From the human T2T-CHM13v2.0 reference genome, Homo sapiens, in NCBI RefSeq assembly GCF_009914755.1, contig NC_060940.1: 64,000 nt of DNA, one strand, 5' to 3'. Position numbers and translations under genes: made by a program. Positions 37,719 to 60,459 of this stretch are shown here, piece after piece. The notes beneath the pieces are model-generated. The model was not told the DNA's origin and searched no databases. It saw only the letters and a list, made by a program, of their open reading frames with translations. Each line of letters starts with the position of its first letter. Within the stretch, counting starts at the first letter, position 1.

Positions 37719-38282
37719 AAAATTGAACTATATTCTCCTTTTATTTAATTGTTACAAAACCATAAAACTAACCAAAAACATAACTATTACTGAAAATGTT
37801 GTACAGTGGAGGAAAGTGTTTTAAAAAAAATGATCTACTCCAATGCAAATACCCTAGCTACACCACTGCTTAGAGGCCTCTCGTCCATCACCAAGATTGT
37901 TTTCAATCTCTCTTAAACCGTATTTATTCATGGGAAACACATTCTCTTTCTGAAATGCCAGATGGCCAGCAGAATCCTACCCTGTGTGGGCAGTGGAGGA
38001 GGAGGGTCAGAGAGATGGGAGAGGCAGAGACCTCACTGTCCCTAGGAGCAGGATTCCTGATCCTGCTCCCCCACCTGGGCCTCCCACACTTTGGACGCTC
38101 CAGGTCAAGGTCGCCGGGCCATTTTCCTGCCATCTCTGCCTGGAACCTGCCCAGATTGTTTTGAGACAGCTGCTTGAGCTCCACGGGCTGGAAAGAAACC
38201 GCGCTGCATCTGTGAACCTGATGTGAAACCCATCTGCCTGCCGAAGGAACGCATTGGGGACCGTCTTAGGTGACAGCTGGCA

Positions 38283-38437
38283 CAGCGCTGTCTGACAGAA
38301 GTTTCTGTAGCAATGGAAATGTACTGTTCTGCGCTAACCACATGTGGCTACTGAGCACTTGAAATGTGGTTAGCCAACTCTTAATTGAAATTTAAATTGC
38401 CACATGTGGCCAGTGGCTATCATACTGGACAGCACGG
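38283..38437. mobile_element. MER3-like hAT DNA transposon relic
   Basis: CAGCGCTGTC...CCACATGTGGCTACTGAGCACTTGAAATGTGG...GGACAGCAC. Confidence 0.7.
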
Positions 38438-38869
38438 GGCTAGAAAATCTATGTGTGCTAATGTGGAGTAACCGTGCAGAGGGATGCATGAGGTGCAGGG
38501 AGAGGCAAGAGTCCAATCTGCTGTCATTTGGCTGAAAACGGGGGTGGAGGGTGGTGTTTGCAGAGGTACACAACCCGCCAGAAGGACCAAGGAAGAGGAC
38601 AGGAGAGGAGCTGGCAGAGGGCAAGAGGGAGAGCTTCCAGGTGTGCTCTTTTGTACATTTTGTATTTTGAACTATGGTAATGTATTACTGATTCCAAATG
38701 TTGACCCATTGAAAGGTATTGCTAAATGGCTGCAGGGGAGGAGCAGAATATTGCTGGGTATTATTACAGCATATGGGTATATTATATGCTATATGGGCAT
38801 ATTATAACATTTATTATATGTCTTGGGTCAGGGGATGTGGCCACAGTGTGCAGGCGGATAGCTGTGAAA

Positions 38870-39300
38870 GAATGGGTGTGTGAATGTGAGTGCACGTGTG
38901 TTGAGTGTATAAGAATGGGAGTGAGAATGAGTGTGTGTGCGTGAGTGAATATGACTGTGTGCATACGCAAATGCAAATTATGTGTGTGCGTAGGTTAGAG
39001 GATAGGTGTGTGAGAGGATAGTGTGTGTGTAAATGTGTGAGTGTGGATGCGTGAGTCTGTAAAAGAATCAGTGGGAGAATGTGCAGTGAGTGTGAGAAAC
39101 AGCAAATGTGAGTGTGTGAATGTGTGTGTGTGGCTGAGTATGGGTGTGAGTGGGGGTAGGTGTGTGTGACAGTGTAAGAGTACGTGTGTGCAAGTGTATA
39201 TGTAAGCGTGAGACTGAACGAGTTCTGTGTGTGAGAGTGAGCCTGGAGAGGTGTGAGGCTGTGTGTCAGTGTGGGTGCGTGTGTGTGTGCACTGTGTGTG
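38870..39300. repeat. Degenerate (TG)n/(TGAG)n low-complexity tract
   Basis: Seen directly. Confidence 0.85.
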
Positions 39301-39909
39301 AGATCAGGCATGGGAGTCATCGAAGAAGAAAAACACAGATGAGACACAAACCCCGACCTTGGAGGGCTCAGCCTGGTGTGGGAGGTGGAGAGGAAACCCC
39401 TAAGTGAGAACCACACAATAGGATGGTGGAAATTTAATTTGCTGGCGTTTGACTCAGGGGGAGCTGGCTGTGCTTGGAGAAATGTTTCCTAAGGGTTTGG
39501 CATAGAAGGTGGTAGCAGCAGCAATGGCATCTGTTGGGTTTGGAGCCCCTGTCATGGCAGAGCCTCCTGAGTTGAGAACTTCATGTTGTCATCTCCCGGC
39601 CACGTCCCCACCCAGCCCCAACTCAGGGCCTGCTCACAGCGGGCACCTAGCACCCTCCAACCCGCCCAGGAGCAGCTACACAGCCTCACTCATCCCTGTT
39701 CACCCAGCCCCAGATCCCTGCAAGCACGGGAGGCAACGTGATATTCCGAGGAGGAGGAGGGGAAGAAAGGGAGAATCCCTCAGATCAAATGAGTCATCAG
39801 TGCCACTCGAGCCAACAGGCGTTCCACTGGCGCACCGTATGGCAGGCAGGAATCTTGTCTAACCTTTGCCTTCCTCGAAGCCAAAATTTGTGACTGGAGG
39901 TGGCTCTAA

Positions 39910-40313
<404 letters not shown>

Positions 40314-40581
40314 TAGAGCACTGGCCCTGGTTGGCATCCAGTGATCCAATAATCTTTCAGGAAATCTACCTGCAGACACACGCACGTGTGCTAAAAACAC
40401 ACGCAGAACTATGTTCATTGCTGCACTGACCGCAAGCAGCGAAAAAGGTAGAACTGACCAAATATCCCCAAGTAAGGGCAGCTAAATAAAATATAGAACA
40501 CCCATTCTACAGAAAGTTCAGCAACACAGAAAGAGTAAGGCAGACCAGTATTGGCTGATAAGGAAAGCGTTCATATTAAGT

Positions 40582-41222
<641 letters not shown>

Positions 41223-41477
41223 AAAGGGTATATTAAGTGAAGAAACCAAGGTATAAAACAGCAAATATAGTGTGATACCACTTAAGCAGATACATATGGA
41301 ATTGTACACACAAACACTTCTGGGAGGATACACAGGAAACAGTGCCAAAGTGAGAAATCTTTGTGGGCCGGGCAGGTGTGGAGTAGGGGAATGGGGTACA
41401 GAAGAAGACTTTTACTTTTCAGTCAAGCCCTTCCATACCATTATTTATATATTTATTCCTCAAAAACATAAAAGCAA

Positions 41478-41640
41478 ACATATATATAACATATATATGT
41501 GTTTAAATATAAATATACATATAACATATATATGTATTTAAATATAAATATACATACATATAACATATATATGTATTTAAATATAAATATACATACATAT
41601 AACATATATATGTATTTAAATATAAATATACATATATATG
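41478..41640. repeat. AT-rich minisatellite, ~38-43-bp unit (CATATAACATATATATGTATTTAAATATAAATATA), ~4 copies
   Basis: Seen directly. Confidence 0.85.
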
Positions 41641-41659
41641 TGTATCAATAAAAATCTAA

Positions 41660-46480
<4,821 letters not shown>

Positions 46481-46484
46481 AACC

Positions 46485-46801
<317 letters not shown>

Positions 46802-47307
46802 CTATATAGGACTTGAAAGTGCCAGACACTCTAAAAAACTGTTTTACTCATTAACTTGTTTAATCTTCCCAACAATAATTCCTTGAATATTATTGTTGAC
46901 ATTTTTCAGAGACGGAAACTGAGACAGGGAGCCTGAATGCGAACACCTGGCATTCAAGGATCCACGTCCTTTCCAGTTTCTCTCTATATAATGCATCTGA
47001 GCCTTGTTTTTCGACTCAATTATGTGTTGAGCACCTGGTGTGTATATAGCCCCTTGTTATATTTGCCGGATCCCAGGGAAGAAGCAGAAAATTTTCTACA
47101 CCTAAACTTAATTTTGTTTCCATTGCCTGAGTACCTTGATCATAGGTGGGGGGAGAGCTCCACCTGCTGGTATAACTAAGGAACCGCAGGCACTTCCTGT
47201 GTTTTCTAAGGGTGCTCGCTGACCTTGTTTGAATATTTAAAGTGCCCCTGTCTGGCTGAAATTTTTAGCCGCTGTAACCAGGTTTTAGTCTTGTTTCATC
47301 CACTAAT

Positions 47308-47880
47308 CTTTTTTTTTTTTTTTGGTAAGGCAGATTCTCGCTGTGTTGCCCAGGCTGGAGGGCAGTGGTGAGATCGCCTGCCAGGCTCAAGCGATTTTCC
47401 TGCCTTGCAGCCTTCCGAGTAGCTGGAACTACAGGCGCACACCACCACATCCGGCTAATTTTTATATTTTTAGTAGATACAGGGTTTCACCATGTTTGCC
47501 AGGCCGGTCTCAAACTCATGACCTCAGGTGATCCACCCACCTCGGCCTCCCAAAGCGCTGAGATTACAGGCATGAGGCACCACGCCTGCCCAGTTTCCCC
47601 CATTTTTAACATCTTGCATTAGTGTGGTACATTTGTCACAGTTGATGAACCAATATTGACACATTATTATTAAATAAAGCCCATGGTTTATATTAGGCCT
47701 CACTCTTGGTGTCGTACGTTCTATGGGATTTGACGAATGCATAATGACATGCATCCACCATTACATAGTCACACAGAGCAGCTTCCCTGCCCTAAAAGTT
47801 CCCTGGGCTCCCGTTTACCCCTTATCCCCTCCCACCCGCTGAACTCCTAGCAACCCTGATCTTCGGACTCTATAGTTTTA
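47308..47880 (-). mobile_element. Alu (47308-47592) followed by an antisense L1MC-like 3' end
   Basis: Alu dimer; GTGGTACATTTGTCACAGTTGATGAACCAATATTGACACATTATTA L1M 3' signature. Confidence 0.75.
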
Positions 47881-48635
47881 CTAATTTATTTTTAAAATTA
47901 TTTTGAAGTCTATTTAAATCCTTGGCACTTACTTAGCTTTGTAAATTTAACTTTCATTTTTAGTCATTATTCACCATCTTCAGTCAGAGGAACTGAAATA
48001 AAAAAATTTAAATTTAAATTTAAAATCTAGTCTTTCAAAATCACAGAACTAAGTAAGTGTAAAGGAAAATTACACAAAATTTCAAATGCTAATTTTTGTT
48101 AAGTTTATGGCATTCATACTTCGGAAGTTGTTAGAATGGAAAACCGTGCTCAGACTTCTGGAACGCAGTGTGTTCAGTTCCGCAGGCCAGGAATGGCCTC
48201 CATGGGGAGATGCTGCTGAGACTTGGCCTGTCACAGAGGACTGGGCCACAGCCAGATAGGCGAGAGACAGGCAGTGGCCTTTCCTGGCAGAAGGGCCTGT
48301 GTGAGTGACAGCAATGAACTAGGGTGCCAGGCAAAGGCCAGCTGTTTAGTGAATAGACTCGATATTCTCAGTGACACTCAGGCTGGAAGGGTCAAAATGA
48401 GTCATGCAGGCTACTGAACACCATATGAAAACTGGGCCTTATCCTGTGGGCCATAGGGAGCCACTGACGGTTTATGAGCAGCAGAGTGACTTGGTCTGAT
48501 TTTCATGGGGAAAGAATGTTAAGACTGAGAAACAATTCAGGGAACTGTGGGAAACATCACTGTGATCCTGGATATCTGGTTTTCCTCCACTTCCAGTCAT
48601 ATAAAACTGTACTTCCTATACTTTTTTAGGCATGA

Positions 48636-49528
<893 letters not shown>

Positions 49529-50006
49529 CGTGTGTGACTAATTGTAGCCAATGAAAAGTGGGCAGATAGGTGTCATTTCTAGTGGAAGCATTTCAGAATC
49601 AGGGTACAATTCCCCTGGCTTGTGTCCTCTGTGTTCAAAAGGGGCCACAGGAGACGGTGGAGCTTCAGTCTGTGTCCCTGAGGAACCACAGGGAGCAGGA
49701 ACCTCTGTCCATGAAGTTACATATGGAGCAAATGCCAAAATAAACTTGATTGCCTTGAGCCACTTCAGTTTGGGGATGTCTGTTTTGGCAGCGCAGACTA
49801 GCCTATCCTGGCTGAAACAGACACTGTTGCAGGACCAGGAGGAGGAGGGGGCCTGAGCTGAGGCAGGAGGGATGCTGGAAGGCATGGAGTGTCAGTTGTC
49901 TATAGCTACCCCAAACTCAACAGTGTCAAACCACCAGCATTTAGCTAGTTCACCAGCCTGTGCGTTGGCCAGGTGGTTCTTCAGGACTCACGCATCTATG
50001 GCCAGT

Positions 50007-50226
50007 TGTGGGTCTGGATGGGTGGATCTGTGGGTCTGGATGTGTGGATCGGTGGGTCTGGATGGGTGGATCTGTGTGTCTGGATGTGTGGATCGGTGGG
50101 TCTGGATGGGTGGATCTGTGGGTCTGGATGGGTGGATCAGTGGGTCTGGATGGGTGGATCTGTGGGTCTGGGTGGGTGGATCTGTGGGTCTGGATGGGTG
50201 GATCTGTGGGTCTGGGTGGGTGGATC
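50007..50226. repeat. 22-bp minisatellite x10 (TGTGGGTCTGGATGGGTGGATC) within a MaLR-like LTR relic
   Basis: Ten contiguous units with only single- or double-base variants. Confidence 0.95.
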
Positions 50227-51378
50227 TGCAGCTCTTGGCTGGACTCTTCTCATGTGTCTTGGGCCGCTGGTTTAGGAGGCCTTCACTGAGAGCACAGGGG
50301 TGGCTCAGCTCAGTTCCAGGTGTTTCACCTCCCATGGGCGAGCCCAGACCTTCTCCTAGCCTGTGTACCTTTAAGTGGCAGGGGAGCTGGAGAGGGATTA
50401 AAACAGGCAAAAGCCCCATTACAAGCTTTTTCTTGAATCACATTTGCTAAAGTAAGTCACATGCCTGAGCACAGAGTCAAGGGGTAGGATGGAACCCCCT
50501 CCCCGCACGTGGGAGGGCACTGCAAAGTTCAGCAGCCAAGGGCACAGATCCAGACAGGGAGAGAAGTGGGGTCATGTGTGCTACCAGCCTACCACCTAGG
50601 GGTGCAGCTGCTGACCTGATGTCTGATTGGATGCAGGGGGTGCTGTGGGCGTCTCTATGGACAACACTGACCCCCATCCCTGTATAGGTACGCCACCCCA
50701 CTAATCAACAAGAGGAGTCTGTGTCTGTGACACTTTGACCGAGAGAACATGGTGAAAGTGACTGCCACTTCCCAGCTTTGTCATTCCCAGCTGCCATTTA
50801 AAGGGACACAGGCTAGACCACTGAAAAATGAGAGAGGGAGGCCACGAGGGGGGAATCAAGGCCAGTGTGAGAGTGAAGCCATTTGAGACCTTCCAGCCAA
50901 CTCCCAGCTGAATGAAGCCACATTAAGGGAGCCCAGGTGAAACCAGAAGAGTCACAGGAAGCAATAAACCATGGTGGGTTTAAACCACTACATATTGGGG
51001 TGACTTGTCACACAGCACTTGATCACTGATGGAGATGGAGAAAACTAAACAAGGCTGATACTCAGATTTACGGCTTGAGTTCTTAGCCCAGGGGTCATGC
51101 CCTGTCCAGGTATAACAAATCCAGAGGCAGGAACCGCCTTGAGAAGAAGTTGTAGACGTTTATTTGTTACGCTTGTGGGATGTCCATGCAATAAAATCCA
51201 ATAGGCACAAGGTAGGATCCACAGATCCGAACTCACGGAGCAAGAGGTGTGGGAGCTGGAGACAGAAGATGGATAGCATCAGGGCTGTCAGTTGCTTGCC
51301 CAGGAGGAAGTGGGAAGTGGGACTGGAAGTGGCCCAAGAACAGAGTCTTGGGGAGCACTCACCTTAAGAAGCGGCCCT

Positions 51379-51680
51379 GGCCAGGCGCGGTGGCTCACAC
51401 CTGTAATCCTAGCACTTTGGTAGGCTGAGGCGGGTGGATCACCTGAGGTCAGGAGTTCGAGACCAGCCAGGCCTACATGGTAAAACCCCGTCTCTACCAA
51501 AAATACAAAAAATTAGCCAGGCGTGGTGGTGGGCACCTGTAGTCCCAGCTACTCAGGAGGCTGACACAGGAGAATTGCTTGAACCCGGGAGGTGGAGATT
51601 GCAGTAAGCCAAGATCACACCACTGCACTCCAGCATGAGCAACAGAGTGAGATTCCATCCCACAAAAATAAAAATAAAAA
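51379..51680 (+). mobile_element. Alu (AluS-like)
   Basis: Full dimer. Confidence 0.9.
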
Positions 51681-52280
51681 GGAGAATAACTTGCATCCTG
51701 CCCTCTAATATACAGTATACTGATTAATAGCAAAGGCCCTGTATCAGACTTGGTTAAAAACCCAGTTCTGCTCTTTCTGCCTCTCAGACTGTGGACAAGT
51801 AAATCTTTGCAGCCATCTTATCACCTGTAAAACGGAAATGACAACAGTCCCTACCTGATAGGTGACTTCCTCTCTGCTCTCCAGGCCTTTGCTGATGCCC
51901 CATCACTCTGGTCCTCTTCTCCCGACCAGACTGTGCTCCAGATGGCAGGGTCCAGGTTAGTCTGGAATCATTGGCATCTAGCCCAGTGCTGGCTGGGACC
52001 ATGTGTTACTAAGTGCAGGCTCTGCAGCCAGACAGACCAAGTTTATCACCCTGGTTCCCCTGCTACCAGTCATGCGACCTCGGGAAAGTAGTTTACTTTA
52101 AGCCTCAGTTTCCTTATCCAAAAATGGAGACAGTAGGACTATGAAAGGACATAAATTAGGTAATTCACATGAAAGCACAAAGATGACAGCTGCCAAACGG
52201 TAAGTATTCTACAAAATGCTGGCTATAATTAGTGGTAGTGACAGGCAGCTGATACACTGCTGTTTAATAAATGTTTCCGA

Positions 52281-52593
<313 letters not shown>

Positions 52594-52599
52594 TTAGTG

Positions 52600-53615
52600 T
52601 CTGGGGCTAGGTAAAGTTTGTTCACTCATTAATATTCCAGGTGCCAAACCTGTGAGCAATGACACTCCAGTAGCAATGAGCATTTGTGGCATCCACATCT
52701 TGGTTTCTGAACTGTTGTCTGCTAAAAAGTAACCAAGGCTCCCTGAAGAAATGACTGCAGCAGGGAGAAGGGATGACTGAAACATCTTGTATCAGAAAGC
52801 AAGAAAATGCTCAAAGAAGCTGGATTAGTGCCCAAAGAACATAAGAACTGTCTTGAAGGGGCTTCACTGGCCACATCTGGGGGAAAAAAAATCGACCAGA
52901 AAGAATAATAATTGATTATAAAAGACAATTTTAAAAAATCCAGGAATCCATAGTGAGTCTTCGAAAAAAAAGAAAAAAAGAGAGGGTATAAAACTGATAT
53001 ATATTTATCATATATATAATCTATAGTTTTATATATATATATATAAATGCTGCTAAAATCACTGAGTGAAAGGCTGATAGAGAAGAAGATGGTCCCAGAG
53101 AGTACCTGTTAATTACAAATGGAAGAAGGAAACATTAAATGGAGAAATGGGGCAGACACCACCTTTAGCAAGCGATCAAGCTTCACATTACCAAAAACGG
53201 GACAAACTGACATTATCCAAGTGTGTTCTGCAGGAAAAAAGAAAAATTAACCTTTATCTAATTACAAGGCAAGAGGGAGGGGAGGATTAGACAAATCAAG
53301 AATATGGGATATTCTATTACACAACTGGTCTGGACCCGTCAAAATTATCAAGGTGATGAGACCCCCCCTAAAAAAAGAAGGACTGATCTGAATTAAAGGA
53401 GACCGAAGAGAAATAACTCCAGGCAGTGAGTGAATCCAGCAGGGGAGGGGGTCTAACAACTGAAATTGAAATATAAACTGTCTATTGGCTAATACTGCAT
53501 TGGCTAGTACTGCATCGATATTAAATCTCTTGGGTATGAAAATGGCACTGATGTCATGAAGAATGGCTTTGTTCTTAGGAGATGCACTGCAGAAGTATTT
53601 ATGATAGGAAATCTC
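52600..53615 (+). mobile_element. Old L1MC/L1ME-like 3' remnant abutting the NUBP1 promoter
   Basis: AATTACAAATGGAA...GGCAGACACCACCTT...GATCAAGCTTCACATTACCA...TTGTTCTTAGGAGATGCAC...GAAGTATTTA. Confidence 0.6.
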
Positions 53616-53783
53616 TGAAAAGGAACAGACGTTGAGTCCCAGTCTTTCGGCCCAAGGTTCGCGCGTGCGCACAGCCCCCTTTCCGAGACTTATTTCGCGC
53701 GGTCGGAGAATCAGATTGTGCCCACAAGGCGGAAATGTACGACAGCGGGTTCCGGTGACCACGAAGGCGGCAAAGGCGACGGA

Positions 53784-53802
53784 ATGGAGGAGGTGCCTCA
53801 CG
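53784..53802 (+). CDS. NUBP1: NUBP1 (cytosolic Fe-S cluster assembly factor, Nbp35 family) coding exon 1, MEEVPH
   Basis: GGAATGGAGGAGGTGCCTCACG|GTAAG inside a CpG island; joins exon 2 in frame. Confidence 0.93.
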
Positions 53803-53880
53803 GTAAGCTCGCGGAGGGGGCGTGGGTCGCGGGGCGAAAGTGTCGGGAGCTGCTCTAACTGTGGTCTTGTCTCTGCGCAG

Positions 53881-53985
53881 ACTGTCCAGGGGCCGACAGC
53901 GCCCAGGCGGGCAGAGGGGCTTCATGTCAGGGATGCCCCAACCAGCGGCTGTGCGCTTCTGGAGCGGGGGCCACTCCGGACACGG
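53881..53985 (+). CDS. NUBP1: NUBP1 coding exon 2 (DCPGADSAQAGRGASCQGCPNQRLCASGAGATPDT), N-terminal Cys cluster binding [4Fe-4S]
   Basis: Acceptor CTCTGCGCAG at 53880, donor G|GTGAG at 53986; CX13CX2CX5C motif typical of Nbp35/NUBP1. Confidence 0.95.
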
Positions 53986-54664
53986 GTGAGAAAAGGGCAA
54001 GGCCTCAACAGGAACTTAGAGGCGCAGGCCCGGAAAAGGCGGGGCGTGGGAGGGAGGGGGCGGGATCTGCAGAATGACTGACAGCGGCAGGCTAGAAGGT
54101 ATTGTATTCGGAGAGGGGTGGGGCCCAGAAGGGGCGGGGCGTGGAAAGTGGGCAGGGTGAGGGCGGAGCTTGGAATGACTGACAGGAACGAGGCCTTTAG
54201 AAGGCGAGCGCGAAGGACCTGGCGCGGATGGAGGGTGGAGACTGACCGGCGCGGAGTCGAAAGGGACATTAATTAAGAGGGTCGGGGCCAGAGGTTTGAG
54301 TGACAATAACAGACCGCAGAGAAAAACGGGATAAGCTTCGAAGTCGGGGAGTCTTCGGACTTACATCCTGGCTCTGCCAGCTACTTTCTTGACACAATTT
54401 TCTTCCTTTTGAGGAGTGATTCTCCCACTCATTCAGCAGAAATGTGTTGATCGCCTCGTAGGTTTGGTGCTGTCCTGGGGACACAGCTGGGGATCAGGCG
54501 TGGTCACTGCTCTAGTGGAGTTTAGCTTTACTGGGGAAACAAACACGTGAGCTAGCAACTAAACCACCGCAGCTTTAAGTGCTGTGAAGCACAGATTCCA
54601 GGATGAGAGGACCCAGGGAGCCTGCTCAGAAGGACCTTAAAAAGCAGGAGGCAGGAGGACAATA

Positions 54665-56148
<1,484 letters not shown>

Positions 56149-56222
56149 ACCTCGTGTATTGTTTTAAGGATTTGAAATAAGATAGTTTCATTGGCAGATA
56201 CTTAGTATGTGCCTGCTGTCTA

Positions 56223-56743
<521 letters not shown>

Positions 56744-57062
56744 TGTTTGCAAAGTTCTCTTCTGGAGCTGGGAATACAGCACTGAAAGCTTCAGACAGTT
56801 CCTACCTTTGTGGAGACTATGTTCTAGTTGGGGGAGACAAACGTGTAAACCAATAAATGAGACCCCTTCAAGTGTGATAATAGCCTTATTTTCTTCCTAG
56901 CACTTATTTGTACCATTGTCTGAGAGGTATTTCAGAGGATCGTTTTAAACAGCCCCAGGACTAGTACTAGGACTAGGACTTAGCTCTTTCTAGTTGACTG
57001 GAAGCGTGACATTCGAGGTTTGGTGTGGGACCTCATCCCCTGAACTTTGGTTTTCTTTGCAG

Positions 57063-57196
57063 CTATAGAGGAAATCAAAGAGAAAATGAAGACTGTAAAA
57101 CACAAAATCTTGGTATTGTCTGGGAAAGGCGGTGTTGGGAAAAGCACATTCAGCGCCCACCTTGCCCATGGCCTAGCAGAGGATGAAAACACACAG
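57063..57196 (+). CDS. NUBP1: NUBP1 coding exon 3 ([45 protein letters not shown]), deviant Walker A motif
   Basis: Acceptor TTTCTTTGCAG, donor CAG|GTGAG; [10 protein letters not shown]-loop of the Mrp/MinD family; cumulative CDS of 258 nt keeps the frame. Confidence 0.96.
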
Positions 57197-57271
57197 GTGA
57201 GACCTCAGGAACCACTGGGAGATGCTCATTTTGTCTGAGGGTCGTGATGGCTACTAAATAACTGATTCCTA

Positions 57272-57566
57272 GGCCAGGCGCAGTGGTTCATGCCTGTAAT
57301 CCCAGCACTTTGGGAGGCCAAGGCGGGCAGATCACTTGAGGCCAGGAGTTTGAGATCAGCCTGGCCAACATGGCAAAACCTTGTCTCTACTAAAAATACA
57401 AAATATTAGCTGGGCGTGGTAGCGCAGGCTTGTAATCCCAGCTTTTCGCGAGGATGAGCCATGAGAATCGCTTGAGCCCAGGAGGCAGAGGTTGCAGTGA
57501 GTCAAGATTGTACCAGTGTACTCCAGCCTGGGTGGCAGAATGAGACTGTCCAAGAAGAAAAAAAAA
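57272..57566 (+). mobile_element. Alu
   Basis: Dimer; TSD TGATTCCT. Confidence 0.9.
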
Positions 57567-57780
57567 TGATTCCTTATACTAAGTTGAATTGGCCTCTTTG
57601 GAATCTCAATCCGGCAGAGAGCAAAGAAATGCCCAGTAGTCAAATGAAGCATTTCACTGGATTCCCTAGCCAAGAAAATGGCTAGCAGATGTACATCTGT
57701 CCTTGCATGTGGATAGTTTATTACATTACGTTCACGCTTCTTTTTCCTCTTTATTAACCCCTTTTAGCTTTTCTCTAAGC

Positions 57781-58285
<505 letters not shown>

Positions 58286-58727
58286 TACACGAGTTTATTC
58301 ATTTCCACCCATGCATACAGACGAGCATGAAAACTCAGATTACCCACTGCTGCCCTCTGGATCTCAACTTTAATAAAAGGGGTTGGTGGGTCGCTAAGAG
58401 CACACACTCTGGAGTCAGACAGCCCAAACTCAGGTCCCAGCTCCATCTACACCACTGCTGTGACCTTGGGCAAGTTACCAGGCTTACTCTGCCTCCGTTT
58501 TCTCATCTATAAAATGGGACTCCAAGGACTGAGTGAGATGGCACAGTAAAGCACTTAGCACGGGGCCCGACGAATAGTCAATGCTCAGTAAAGGTCTGTG
58601 ATGGCCACCATTTTTATTACTTTATTTCACTCTCTGGATATGAAGGGATGATGATTACATCTGCCTTAGAGATGAGTTTGTAGCCTACCCAAGGTATAGT
58701 ACTGGGCAGATTCAAAATACACTTGTT

Positions 58728-59040
58728 GGGCAGGGCATGGTGGCTTACACTGTAATCACAGCACTTTGGGAGGCTGAGGCAGGCGGATCACTTGAGGTCA
58801 GGAGTTTGAGACCAGCCTGGCCAACATGGTGAAACCCTGTCTCCACTAAAAAATACAAAAATTAGCTGGGCATGGTGGTACGTGCCTGTAGTCTTAGCTA
58901 CTCGGGAGGCCGAGGCATGAGAATCGTTTGAACCCAGGAGGCGGAGGTCGCGGTGGGCCAAGATTGCCCTACTGCACTCCAGCCTGGGTGACAGACAAGA
59001 CTCCATTTAAAAAAAAAAAAGGATATAGATAGATACACAG

Positions 59041-59084
<44 letters not shown>
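58728..59084 (+). mobile_element. Alu followed by an (AC)n microsatellite (59047-59084)
   Basis: Dimer plus dinucleotide run. Confidence 0.9.
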
Positions 59085-59087
<3 letters not shown>

Positions 59088-59904
59088 GATTCGTCATTCT
59101 GTGAGTCAGCGATCTCTTGCCATTTGAGGGTCAAATCTGTACTGGCCTAGTGGGCTGGCCAAGAAATCTGCTTTCTCAGATTGTCTGTATCGTTTAGAAG
59201 AATCTTTGCTTTTCGAAGCTGTCAGGAATATTCCTAAACAGCTCACTGGAGATGGGCTTTCATCTCACCACTTGCAAGTAACCACTTGTGAGTAGACAAC
59301 TGTTTACATCCTTCACTTTCATGTAATTACGTTCTGAAGTCTTTGCTGCATGCCTGTCTAGACTTTGCAGTATACAGAAGGAAAGCACACCATTCAGTGT
59401 GGAAATATGGCTAGATCAGCTGTATTTTTTTATGCAGTGGTGGTTTAAAAAAAAAAGAAGTCAGCATTTAGGAAAGTGTGTTTTCCCCAGGCAGACCTAC
59501 TCATGACAGTGACATCACTATCTGCAAAGTGTCAACACATGGAAAATGCTGAATATGTCTTGATTAAAGTCAAGCAGCACAGATTTCTCCCTGCCCTAAA
59601 TCCAGCAGGGTGGTGGGACATGCCCTGACCTTTTTCTGCCTGCCATCTGGTGGAAGCTTGGCTCTAACTCTGTGCAAGACCATTCCATGTTAGCGCTTGA
59701 GGCAGGCAGGCGCCTGTCATCTCATTGGCACAAAGGGCCTTGGATCAAGAGAGAGCAGAATTAGAAAACACCCCTGACGAGTCACAGGCTGCCCAGGGAG
59801 TGTGTAAGTTGTGGTGAAGGCAGAAGGAGCCTCTGTAGCATAAGCCTGAGCCATGAGACAGCCAAGAGTCATACACTGTCTTCCACTGCAAAAGTCACCG
59901 ACTC

Positions 59905-60459
<555 letters not shown>

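Larger units (their letters stand above)
53620..54360 (+). promoter_or_regulatory. NUBP1 CpG-island promoter, TATA-less housekeeping type
   Basis: CpG-dense; NRF1-like CGCGCGTGCGCA 53660-53671, E2F-like TTTCGCGC 53693-53700, ETS cores CGGAAAT 53730-53736 and TTCCGGT 53750-53756, several GC boxes at 54037-54170. Confidence 0.8.

Noticed and set aside
38814-39416. 200-aa His/Thr-rich ORF
   Set aside because: Translation of a (CA)-rich low-complexity tract.
49872-50450. Overlapping 100-192-aa ORFs with GSGWVDLWVW repeats
   Set aside because: Produced by the stop-free 22-bp VNTR.
53262-54306. Several ORFs overlapping the NUBP1 promoter on both strands
   Set aside because: Expected stop-codon scarcity in a CpG island; the spliced NUBP1 frame explains the coding signal.
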